A DNA stretch of 32,000 bases from Candidatus Saccharimonadota bacterium (GTDB lineage: Bacteria; Pseudomonadota; Alphaproteobacteria; CAJXXZ01; 1604HC): positions 240,001 to 272,000 of the forward strand of contig NZ_CP043314.1 of the NCBI RefSeq assembly GCF_008189525.1, in the 5' to 3' direction. The position numbers were made by a program, and so were the translations under genes. Under the pieces are notes generated by a model. The model was not told the DNA's origin and searched no databases. It saw nothing but the letters and a program-made list of their open reading frames with translations. Position 1 is the stretch's first letter; every line of letters starts with the position of its first letter. This document shows, piece by piece, positions 16,675 through 25,266 of the stretch.

Positions 16675-18197
16675 ATTGTTTTTGTGTTTATCTGACATCT
16701 AATAGTGACTTAAGTAAGTTTAATTCCAGTGATGTGAGGAAAATCGATGATACTACTAAGGTCAAAATTGTTCAATCCAAGTTTGATTATGTAGAAGCAG
16801 AAATATATGTTTCTTCATTTATATCGGATTTAAATAAATATCCATTTTTAATTATAACGAATGATCATGGTGTAATGTTTTTTGGAAGCTATGAATATAT
16901 AAATAAACAAAATAATTCTTATAAAATATCATTCAAATCAAAAGCTTCTAGTGAAAAGAAACAAAAATGTTTGGATAAAGAGTTTTTAAATAATGGATTA
17001 AGTAATGCTTTGGATCCTAAAGGAAATGTAGTAAATAGTCTAGTATATTCAGATTCGTTGATGGGATGTGAAAGCATATTCGATGACAAGGAAGATTCTT
17101 ATTCAATAGACAGTATGTCCATTCTTAGTAGAAATGATTTTTTAAAGAAAGAATATAATTCAGTAGAATCTGAAGAAAGTTTCTCTGTTACTTTTTGTTT
17201 TTCTTGGGATGATCACATTTTCAGGCAGAGTGATGTTTTCGAAGAAGTGTATAAGAATTTTAAAGAGAATGAGCTGTCTAAATGGCCTCAAAAATTTTCT
17301 AAACATGGTCAGTATACAATTTCAAACTCTTTTATAAAAAAAGAATATGGAAATGTTTATGGTGCTTTGGTTTTGGATTGGATGGAATTAATAAAGAGAA
17401 GAGAAAAATGGTGCTTTAATATATTTGGAGCAAATGTATCCAAAGACTTAAACTTGAATATTGATCTTAACAAGGTTTTTTCTGGTTGTGATGAATGGAA
17501 AGAGAAGCAGTTTTATAAGAAAAATGACTCTGTTTCTTATGAAAAGTCAATTTTTATTTGTGCTGTAGATCATTTTTCAGGATTAGTTTTTGATTTGGAA
17601 TATTGGATAGAATCAGATAAAAAACCAGAAATTTTACAAAAGAATAAAGATAATATATTTGATTCAGAAGCTGGAAAATTGCTTTTATATCAAATCAAAA
17701 ATATGCTTTTTGCTTACACTAGAGCGTATCAATATGATTATATATTGGAAGTGAAAATAAACTTAACAAATTCTTTGGATTTATGCTTTGTACAGCTTAT
17801 GGATAAAGTGAGATTTAAATCTGTGGAAGATGGAAAAATATATACAGGTGTGGTTTTTGAGTATGAAAAGACAATTTCTGATAAAGAGTCTATTTTGTTT
17901 TTAAAGATAAAAAGTTTAACAAAAGTAAAAAGCTTTGATTCAGATATTATTTATTATTTTAGAGATGAGTACTGTAAATCCTATTGCTTTGAATATGAGC
18001 ATAAAAGATTGAAAGACCTTTATTTTAAAAGAATTTTTGATAAATCAAGTATAAAGTCTCATTCTGATCTTTTGAAGAATTTAAATATGGTTATAGATTT
18101 TATAGAAGATGAAGAAAAGTTTCTGGGAATAAAAATTAATTCAGTGCAAAAAAAATTACCTGACTTGTGCTTGAATTATGAAGTAAGGAGAAAATAA
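16671..18197 (+). CDS. hypothetical protein (508 aa), unassigned, aromatic- and Cys-rich
   Basis: A 1.5-kb uninterrupted ORF in AT-rich DNA is very unlikely by chance. It is coupled to the upstream ORF by an ATGA overlap. I can assign no family. Confidence 0.65.
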   Translation: MNCFCVYLTSNSDLSKFNSSDVRKIDDTTKVKIVQSKFDYVEAEIYVSSFISDLNKYPFLIITNDHGVMFFGSYEYINKQNNSYKISFKSKASSEKKQKCLDKEFLNNGLSNALDPKGNVVNSLVYSDSLMGCESIFDDKEDSYSIDSMSILSRNDFLKKEYNSVESEESFSVTFCFSWDDHIFRQSDVFEEVYKNFKENELSKWPQKFSKHGQYTISNSFIKKEYGNVYGALVLDWMELIKRREKWCFNIFGANVSKDLNLNIDLNKVFSGCDEWKEKQFYKKNDSVSYEKSIFICAVDHFSGLVFDLEYWIESDKKPEILQKNKDNIFDSEAGKLLLYQIKNMLFAYTRAYQYDYILEVKINLTNSLDLCFVQLMDKVRFKSVEDGKIYTGVVFEYEKTISDKESILFLKIKSLTKVKSFDSDIIYYFRDEYCKSYCFEYEHKRLKDLYFKRIFDKSSIKSHSDLLKNLNMVIDFIEDEEKFLGIKINSVQKKLPDLCLNYEVRRK

Positions 18198-18199
18198 AA

Positions 18200-18319
18200 A
18201 TGCATGTTTTTTTAGATTTAATTTATAATGAAAGTTTTGAGTTGGCTAGTATAGCTAACCATAAGCAAAAAGAAGTTTTTATAAGCTTTATTCAAGAAAA
18301 TATAGGGAGGTTATCATAA
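18200..18319 (+). CDS. possible 39-aa coupled ORF, or the 5' part of a frame-disrupted gene
   Basis: ATG at 18200 lies 2 nt after the preceding stop, with AGGAG 8 nt upstream. It translates as MHVFLDLIYNESFELASIANHKQKEVFISFIQENIGRLS. It is not in the ORF track because it is under 60 aa. Confidence 0.3.
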   Translation: MHVFLDLIYNESFELASIANHKQKEVFISFIQENIGRLS

Positions 18320-18513
18320 AAATTCTTGTTGTTCTTTTTAAAATCTGTAAGGGTTCATTATTTTACATATTTAATTTTGTTAGAAAAAGATACAGCTTTA
18401 AAATCCTATTTAATAAGCTTATTAATATTTTTTCTAACTTTAAAAGTAATAAAGGTTATGATCTTATAAACACATTAGAATCAGAACATAAAATAGACTT
18501 TTTAGTAAAAAAA

Positions 18514-18807
18514 ATGCTATCAAGAAACTTTAAAGATGAAGTTCATAGAAAAGACAGAAAAGACTCTAGGTTAAGAGATTGTTCTATATATAAGGACAAG
18601 CCAAACAAAAGAGCGAATGCTATGTTTTTATTAGCCTTTTTTGGACTGTTTTCTTGTCTTTTATTGCTTGGATTAATGCCTAATATAACATCAGAAGTTA
18701 TATGTATTATTTCTGCTTCAGCAGGTATATTTGGATCATGCTTGAAAGATGCCTATGTATTTGAATTTGGATCAAGAGAGGATAGAAAGAGTCTAGATAA
18801 ATTCTAG
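18514..18807 (+). CDS. small two-TM membrane protein (holin-like topology); the reading frame is open 83 codons upstream of the ATG
   Basis: It has a basic N-terminus, two hydrophobic helices (AMFLLAFFGLFSCLLLLGLM and VICIISASAGIFGSCL) and a charged C-terminus. The same frame has no stop from 18265 to 18513. Confidence 0.5.
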   Translation: MLSRNFKDEVHRKDRKDSRLRDCSIYKDKPNKRANAMFLLAFFGLFSCLLLLGLMPNITSEVICIISASAGIFGSCLKDAYVFEFGSREDRKSLDKF

Positions 18808-19052
18808 GTTTTGTATATTAAATTAAGTGCTTAAAATATTATTTTATATATTCTTGATGAAATTTCTTATAAGTAACTATTCTTAAGTGCTAAACAATTA
18901 ATAATTAATCATAAGATATATTTTTAAACTATATGCTAACATCCAAATCAGATATTTACATGTGATTATGTTTTAAAAATCTTATACTTTTTGTTTTCTA
19001 CGCTTTGATAAAACATTTGTATAAAAAATATATGTGTAATATCATTAATCCA

Positions 19053-20108
19053 ATGAGCAATGTTGTAATAAAATTTGGGGGAAGTGTTCTTTCAAATTTA
19101 GATAATATTGGTATAGTGGCAAAAAAAATCGCTACTGAATTTAAAAAACCTCCTATTATAGTAGTATCTGCTATGAGTGGTGTTACTAATAAAATAGAAT
19201 CCGTTATTGATTCTGTTTATAATTCTAGAGATCTGCAAAAGGATTTTGTCTTTTCAACTGGAGAAATGTTTAGTGCTGGAATCTTTTCTATGTTTCTAGA
19301 AAAGTTTGGCAGAAAATCGGAGCCATTATGTGGTTGGCAAGTCCCTATAGAAACAAACTCTTCACATGGAAATGCAGATATAAAAGCTGTTCATAAAGAA
19401 AGAATCAGCTCTCTACTAGAAAGAGATATCATTCCTGTTGTTGCAGGTTTTCAGGGTATATGTGATGGAAGAATAACCACTTTAGGTAGAGGAGGAACAG
19501 ATCTTAGTGCAGTTTCTTTGGCTGTCGAGTTTGGTTTTGAATGTTGTTTATATAAAGATGTATCTGGGATTTTCGAGGTAGATCCATCTATAATAAAGTC
19601 TAAAAAACTAGATTTTATAAGCTATGAAAGCATGCATAATGCATCTCTTAGAGGCTCTAATGTAGTTTCACATAAGGCAGTAAAATATGCATCTGAAAAA
19701 AACATAAAAGTGATTGTGAAATCTATTTTTGACGAAAGTGAATGTACTGTTATTTCGAAAAAAGAAGGAGATTCAAAAAATTTAATTGCTTTACAAAAAG
19801 CTTTTTGTATAAAATTGACTGGCCTTGATATTCCAGAAATAGAAAATTCTATAATATCTTTTAATAAGAAGTGGTGTATATTCTTATCTGAGAGTGATTA
19901 TTTGAAAAATAAAAATAATTTTATGATTGAGAAAATGTATAAAGTTAACTTGATGCATGAAAAACCTATTAATATAGGCATCTTTATAAGAATAGCTAAA
20001 AAATACTCTGAAATGTATGGGAATATGGATACTTACTCTTGGATCTGTGTTTCTAAAGATAAAAGAAAAGAACTAACAAGAGAGCTTTATGAATGCTTTG
20101 CTGTTTAA
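19053..20108 (+). CDS. lysC: aspartate kinase
   Basis: VIKFGGSVLSN (the K-F-G-G-[ST]-S motif), VVSAMSGVTN, LGRGGTDLSAV and GIFEVDP. I start at the ATG at 19053 (MSNVVIKFGG); the ORF track begins at an upstream TTG at 19005. Confidence 0.9.
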   Translation: MSNVVIKFGGSVLSNLDNIGIVAKKIATEFKKPPIIVVSAMSGVTNKIESVIDSVYNSRDLQKDFVFSTGEMFSAGIFSMFLEKFGRKSEPLCGWQVPIETNSSHGNADIKAVHKERISSLLERDIIPVVAGFQGICDGRITTLGRGGTDLSAVSLAVEFGFECCLYKDVSGIFEVDPSIIKSKKLDFISYESMHNASLRGSNVVSHKAVKYASEKNIKVIVKSIFDESECTVISKKEGDSKNLIALQKAFCIKLTGLDIPEIENSIISFNKKWCIFLSESDYLKNKNNFMIEKMYKVNLMHEKPINIGIFIRIAKKYSEMYGNMDTYSWICVSKDKRKELTRELYECFAV

Positions 20109-20188
20109 TTTATACTTTAATTAATTTTATTTTTAATTAAATGTGCTTTGCAAGAAGTGTTTTCATAATATAGACTGTACTTTCTATA

Positions 20189-20887
20189 ATGAATGAAATG
20201 AAGCACAGAAAAAACATTACTATATATAAAAAGATTTTTAGTGTTACCTATGAAGAATCAATGCTTATTATGAATAAGCACATGGATATTGTGCATAAAG
20301 ATGGAAGTATGGTTTTCTTTCTTATCTTTAATTATCTTCCTGTAATAACTCTTGGAGTTAATGAAAAAGAATTAAGTGAAAGTTTTATAAAAACTATTTC
20401 TGAAAAGAATATTTCTTACTATAAGTCTAGCAGAGGTGGTAAAATAACATATCATGATAAGGGTCAATTTACATGCTACCCAATAATTAATTTGGATTAT
20501 TTGGGAGTAAGTCCAGCAAATTATGTTGTAAGATTGCAAGAATGGATGAATGGATCTATAGGAAGTTTAGGGGTTGAGTCTAAAAAGCATGCAATAGGTG
20601 TTTGGGTTAAAGACTGTATATGGAAAAAAGTAGGTTTTATTGGTGTTAAAATTTCTAGGAAAATAACATCTCATGGGTTTTCTATAAACTTAAATGCCAA
20701 TTTGGATGCTTTTAATATGTTTATTCCATGTGGTATGGAAAGTTGTGTAGTAGGTAATTTACGTGATGTTAAATGCAAAAGTATGTTAAATGAGGCTATA
20801 AATAGAAATTGTTTATCAGAGAAAAGTAATAATTTATATAAGTTTTTCTATAAAAAGCTAGATTGCTTTTTTGATAAATTTTACTGA
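20189..20887 (+). CDS. lipB: lipoyl(octanoyl) transferase
   Basis: SSRGGKITYHDKGQFTCYPI (the R-G-G-x-[IV]-T-Y-H-G-P-G-Q pattern) and KKVGFIGVKISRKITSHGFSINL (catalytic Lys context). Confidence 0.9.
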   Translation: MNEMKHRKNITIYKKIFSVTYEESMLIMNKHMDIVHKDGSMVFFLIFNYLPVITLGVNEKELSESFIKTISEKNISYYKSSRGGKITYHDKGQFTCYPIINLDYLGVSPANYVVRLQEWMNGSIGSLGVESKKHAIGVWVKDCIWKKVGFIGVKISRKITSHGFSINLNANLDAFNMFIPCGMESCVVGNLRDVKCKSMLNEAINRNCLSEKSNNLYKFFYKKLDCFFDKFY

Positions 20888-20897
20888 AAATGCTTTT

Positions 20898-22028
20898 ATG
20901 AACTCAACACTAAAAATATTGTCCGATTTAGTTTCATTTAAATCTGTTACTCCAATAGGTATAGATTGTTTGGAATATATAAAAAACTTTTTGGATAAGC
21001 TTGGGTTTGAAAGCGAGATTATAAAGTTTGGGAATGTATATAATTTATATTCAAAAAAGGATTCTGAAGGCCCTCATATTTGTTTTGCAGGTCATGTAGA
21101 TGTTGTTCCTCCTGGTGATAAGTGGGACAGTGATCCATTCAAGCTAAATATACATGATGGAAAAATTTATGGTTTGGGTGTTGTAGATATGAAAGGTTCA
21201 ATAGCCTGTTTTTTGAATGTGTTGAAAAATAGAATAAAAGATATAAATTCATCTGTAAGTGTTCTGCTCACCACAGATGAAGAAGGTTTGGCGGTAGATG
21301 GTCTTGCAAAATGTGTAAGCTGGTTAAAAGAGCGTAATCAAGTATTTGATCTATTTTTATTAGGAGAGCCATCTTGTATAGAAAATACAGGAGATTCAAT
21401 AAAATCCGGAAGAAGGGGGAGTTTAACTTCTCAAGTAAGAGTTTTAGGTAATAAAGGACATATAGCTTATCCAGAACATGCTTGTAGTATTACTTCTGCT
21501 GCATTGGAAATTATGGAATTTTCTAATAATAAATCAATAGGATATGAGTATGAAGATTTCCCTAAATCAGTGGTTCAAGTGACTCATTTTAGGACTCCAG
21601 AAAGAGTAGAAAATCTCTTGCCTGGTGAATGTTTCATAGATTTTGGTATTAGGTTTAACCCTAGTTTAACTCCAAACAGTATAATAGAGATGTTTGAAAA
21701 TAAATTTTTAGAAATTTCTAATAAATATAAATTAGAAATTATATCTCAATGGACAAAACATGGTAATCCATTCTTTGTAAGAGATAAAAATATAAAAGAT
21801 TTTATAAGAGAAAGCGTAATTAATGAGCTTGGTATTTCTCCTAGATTTAACGCTGATGGTGCTACAAGCGATGGTAGGTTTTTGATAGAATTAGCCCCTG
21901 TTATAGAAATAGGGTTAGAAGAGTCTCAAGCCCATAAAACAAATGAACATACAACACTAGAGAATATCATGAATTTAGAGAGAGTTTTTGATTCTATTGT
22001 TTCTAATTTCCATAAAATAAACACTTAA
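20898..22028 (+). CDS. dapE: succinyl-diaminopimelate desuccinylase (M20 peptidase)
   Basis: FAGHVDVVPPGDKWDSDPF, GVVDMKGS, TTDEEG, GRRGSL and HKTNEH are present. I start at the ATG at 20898, after the lipB stop; the ORF track starts at a TTG at 20871. Confidence 0.9.
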   Translation: MNSTLKILSDLVSFKSVTPIGIDCLEYIKNFLDKLGFESEIIKFGNVYNLYSKKDSEGPHICFAGHVDVVPPGDKWDSDPFKLNIHDGKIYGLGVVDMKGSIACFLNVLKNRIKDINSSVSVLLTTDEEGLAVDGLAKCVSWLKERNQVFDLFLLGEPSCIENTGDSIKSGRRGSLTSQVRVLGNKGHIAYPEHACSITSAALEIMEFSNNKSIGYEYEDFPKSVVQVTHFRTPERVENLLPGECFIDFGIRFNPSLTPNSIIEMFENKFLEISNKYKLEIISQWTKHGNPFFVRDKNIKDFIRESVINELGISPRFNADGATSDGRFLIELAPVIEIGLEESQAHKTNEHTTLENIMNLERVFDSIVSNFHKINT

Positions 22029-22123
22029 TACAAAATGATAATTTTAGCTATAAAAAGCTTAAATAACATTTATATTTCTTATTACTTGTTATTTTTGAAC
22101 CCTAAACATGTTATTTTAAATCA

Positions 22124-23320
22124 GTGAAGCGAATCTTGTTAATAGAAATAGAAGAACTTACTGTAAAAGGATTTTTATTAGATTTGCAAAATAAATCCAT
22201 ATTGTTAGAGGAAAAAACAGATAAATCAGACTTTAGGAATAAAAAAATCCAAAATAAATCTTCTATAAACATACCTCATATCATGAAAGATCTTGAATTT
22301 GTTAGTAATTTAGAGAGAAACAATTACATTAAATTTCTCAAAGAAATTACTGTTCTGGAAAGTTGCATAAGATACTTATTGAAAAATTTGTCAGACAGAG
22401 TGGAATCTTTGCCTGAAAGCTCAGTCATTTTAATGAATGGATATATATATTCTCACGACTTTTTAATAAAACAAAATGGAAAAGAAGAACATAAGCATAA
22501 GAATGATTACATAAAGAGAAGCATGAAAAATAAAATGCTTAGTAAAAATAGCTTCATATTTTTGATAAAAAGTATAAAACAAAAAGAATCTACTCAAAAA
22601 ATCAGAAAATTCAAATGCTTTTGTTTTTCAAATGAATATAAAAAATATCTTGAGAAAATTCTTAATATGGAAGGTTTTGATAATTTATCAATTATTCCAG
22701 TTTCTTTTCTTAAATTTAAAGATTCTACAAAAGATACAATTTTTAATGAATTTTGTTTTGTAAATATATACTATGAAAAAACTTTTTTATATTTTGTAGA
22801 AAATAAAGAAATAGTTTCTATAAAAGTTTTAGATATTGGGTATGAGTTACTAGATAAAAATATTTCGAAAGAGTTATCTATTTCTATTGATTCAGCTATA
22901 AATATCAGAAAGAAAAACAAATCAATTAAGTTTAGCAAAACAAACTTAGAGAAATATATAAAAATCAAAACTCAAGACTATATGGATATATCAGTATCAA
23001 AAGAAGATTTAAGAAACAAAACAATTAAATCAATAGGGCATATATATGATTTTATTGAAAGATTTATTTTAGATCTTAAATATAATGGAACTATTTTTGT
23101 GAAAGATGAATTTTCTAATGAAATAAAAGGAATTGATAGTTTTTTAAAGGAGAGATCTTTTTTTTGTAATTTAAGTAGTAATAAAATAAAGCTTCATCAT
23201 ATTTACTTTTTAATTAACAAAATGCATGAAGAATACAAGAAAACCAGAATAATGCATAAATTAAGAAACTGGGTTAATTTTAGATTAAAAAAGATTTATG
23301 ATATTATTAAAATAAGATAA
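22124..23320 (+). CDS. ftsA: highly divergent FtsA-like (actin-fold) cell-division protein with eroded nucleotide-binding motifs
   Basis: It lies immediately upstream of ftsZ and is 398 aa. LLIEIEELTVKGFLL aligns with E. coli VGLEIGTAKVAALVG. FVNIYYEKTFLYFVENKEIVSIKVLDIGYELLDKNISKELSISIDSAINIRKK aligns with VVDIGGGTMDIAVY...IPYAGNVVTSDIAYAF...DAEAIKVRHG. The C-terminal amphipathic helix KLRNWVNFRLKKIYDII resembles the FtsA membrane-targeting helix. GTG start. Confidence 0.55.
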   Translation: MKRILLIEIEELTVKGFLLDLQNKSILLEEKTDKSDFRNKKIQNKSSINIPHIMKDLEFVSNLERNNYIKFLKEITVLESCIRYLLKNLSDRVESLPESSVILMNGYIYSHDFLIKQNGKEEHKHKNDYIKRSMKNKMLSKNSFIFLIKSIKQKESTQKIRKFKCFCFSNEYKKYLEKILNMEGFDNLSIIPVSFLKFKDSTKDTIFNEFCFVNIYYEKTFLYFVENKEIVSIKVLDIGYELLDKNISKELSISIDSAINIRKKNKSIKFSKTNLEKYIKIKTQDYMDISVSKEDLRNKTIKSIGHIYDFIERFILDLKYNGTIFVKDEFSNEIKGIDSFLKERSFFCNLSSNKIKLHHIYFLINKMHEEYKKTRIMHKLRNWVNFRLKKIYDIIKIR

Positions 23321-23351
23321 ATAAATTGATTGTTATTTAAGAAGGAGTTTT

Positions 23352-24614
23352 GTGAAAAGAGATCTAAGTCCCAGAATAGTTATTTTCGGAGTTGGTGGAG
23401 CCGGTTCTAATGCAGTAAAGAACATGATGGAAGATATGAAAAGAAGAGGTCATGATCAAGTAGAATTTGCAATTTCAAATACTGACGCTCAAGCATTGGA
23501 AAGCTCCCCTTGTGAAAAAAAGATAAAATTAGGTCCAAAAATAACAAAAGGTCTTGGTGCTGGTGCAATTCCTGAAATAGGCAGGAAAGCAGCTGAAGAG
23601 AGCATTGATGATGTTATGGAATATTTAAAAGATTCTAATATGGTAATAATTGTTGCTGGGATGGGAGGTGGTACCGGAACAGGAGCTGCTCCAGTTATAG
23701 CTGAAGCTTGTAAAAAAGAGGGTATATTAACATTAGGTGTTGTTATAAAGCCTTTTTTGTTTGAAGGATCTCCAAGGATAATGGCTGCTAAAGAAGGTAT
23801 TGAGAAACTAAAGGACCAAGTAGATACATTTTTAGTTTTTGATAATCAAAACTTACAAAGAGCAGAAAGTGGAAATACACCATTTCTTCAAGCTTTTTCT
23901 ATGCCAGATAAATTCTTATCTGAATGTGTTTCTGGAATAGTTAGCATCATAAAAAGTAATGGTTTAATAAATGTAGATTTTGCTGATTTATGTACTGTTG
24001 TTAGAGACAGAAAAAGCAAAGCAATGATGGGTATAGGTAATTCTGTAGGTGAGAACAAAGGTTCTAGCGCATCTTCTGAAGCTATGTTCGACAATGTTTT
24101 GCTTGATTGCTCAGATATGTCTTGGAAAAATGTAGACCATATTTTGGTTTGTATAAATGGAGGAGAAGAGTTGAGCTCTGAAGATGTTTTCCAAGCTGTA
24201 GGAAAGATACATGAATCTATTTCTCCAAATGCAAAGGTTATTTTCGGAGCTGCTTTTGATAAAAGTATGGGAGATTCTATGCGTGTGTTTATGTTTGGAA
24301 CCACAACAGAATCAAAAAACTTGGAAGAAGATTTAAGATCTGAATCATCAAAAAAAGATAATAATGAGTTTAAAGGTGTAGGTGAGGATATTTCTTATAT
24401 GACTGAAGATGAATCTTTTATTGGAAGTCATCATGATTTGAACGATTCAGAATCAGAAAATTCATATGAACCTAGCTTAAAAACAAGTCAGAATAAGAAA
24501 AATAAAAAAGGAATATGGTCTAGGTTATCAGGATTTTGGTCTGTGGAAGAAGATATAAAAATAGAAGAGGAAAAATCTGAAGATATTCCTGAATTCTTTA
24601 AAAAGAAAGATTGA
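23352..24614 (+). CDS. ftsZ: cell division GTPase FtsZ
   Basis: GVGGAGSNAV, the tubulin signature GGGTGTGAAPVIA, NTDAQAL, a long acidic linker and the C-terminal conserved peptide DIPEFFKKK. AAGGAG lies 5 nt upstream of the GTG start. Confidence 0.97.
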   Translation: MKRDLSPRIVIFGVGGAGSNAVKNMMEDMKRRGHDQVEFAISNTDAQALESSPCEKKIKLGPKITKGLGAGAIPEIGRKAAEESIDDVMEYLKDSNMVIIVAGMGGGTGTGAAPVIAEACKKEGILTLGVVIKPFLFEGSPRIMAAKEGIEKLKDQVDTFLVFDNQNLQRAESGNTPFLQAFSMPDKFLSECVSGIVSIIKSNGLINVDFADLCTVVRDRKSKAMMGIGNSVGENKGSSASSEAMFDNVLLDCSDMSWKNVDHILVCINGGEELSSEDVFQAVGKIHESISPNAKVIFGAAFDKSMGDSMRVFMFGTTTESKNLEEDLRSESSKKDNNEFKGVGEDISYMTEDESFIGSHHDLNDSESENSYEPSLKTSQNKKNKKGIWSRLSGFWSVEEDIKIEEEKSEDIPEFFKKKD

Positions 24615-24665
24615 GCAAATTTATTTTTTGTATACTTTTGCTTCTAAAAGATGTAAAATCTTCAA

Positions 24666-25262
24666 GTGATTGAAAAGATAAAAGCATCTAATTTAAAAAA
24701 AGGTCATATAATAGATTTTGACAATGAGTTATTTGAAATAAGAGATATTTCTCATGTAAAGCCAGGAAAAGGAAGGGCTTATTTTCAGGTAGAAATGAAA
24801 TCTTTTACTGGACATAGAAAGCTTGATAGAAGATTTGGAACAGATGATGTTTTTAACAAAGCAATAATAGAAGAGAAAATCTTAAGATTCGATTATTACA
24901 TGAATGGTGTATATAATTTCTTTTGTGATACAACAAATGAAGTTTACGAAATAAGAAATAATGAACAAAATGATAAAAACAAAAAGAAGCATAATTTATT
25001 CGATTTTTTGCAAGATGATGTAAATATTTCTGCATTTTTTTACGATGATAATTTTATAAATTTCAAGTTTAGAGATGATGTTGTTTTTGAAGTAAAAGAA
25101 GCGGCATCTTATACTAAGGGACAAACTGCAGCAGCATCTTATAAAAATGCTGTTTTGTCTAATGATGTTAAGGTTTCGGTTCCTACATATATAAATTCCG
25201 GAGATAAAATAATAATAGACCCATATTCTGGTGACTTTAAAGAAAAATACAAAGGAAATTAA
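24666..25262 (+). CDS. efp: elongation factor P
   Basis: KASNLKKGHIIDFDNELFEIRDISHVKPGKGRAYFQVEMKSFTG contains the K-P-G-K-G loop. A Lys/Asn-rich insertion (NNEQNDKNKKKHN) sits in domain II. GTG start. Confidence 0.9.
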   Translation: MIEKIKASNLKKGHIIDFDNELFEIRDISHVKPGKGRAYFQVEMKSFTGHRKLDRRFGTDDVFNKAIIEEKILRFDYYMNGVYNFFCDTTNEVYEIRNNEQNDKNKKKHNLFDFLQDDVNISAFFYDDNFINFKFRDDVVFEVKEAASYTKGQTAAASYKNAVLSNDVKVSVPTYINSGDKIIIDPYSGDFKEKYKGN

Positions 25263-25266
25263 TCAA

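Larger units (their letters stand above)
11435..18197 (+). mobile_element. RcGTA-like / HK97-type phage head module (domesticated or remnant) with no terminase, integrase or recognisable tail
   Basis: A contiguous, co-oriented, tightly packed run of portal, protease, major capsid, gp6-like connector and adaptor genes, plus unassigned ORFs. It is flanked by housekeeping genes, and its base composition looks the same as its neighbours. Confidence 0.7.

Noticed and set aside
18808-19052. Possible lysine riboswitch (L-box) upstream of aspartokinase.
   Set aside because: The leader is nearly pure A/T and lacks the GC-containing conserved L-box helices and the AGAGGxGC-type core, so there is no support in the sequence.
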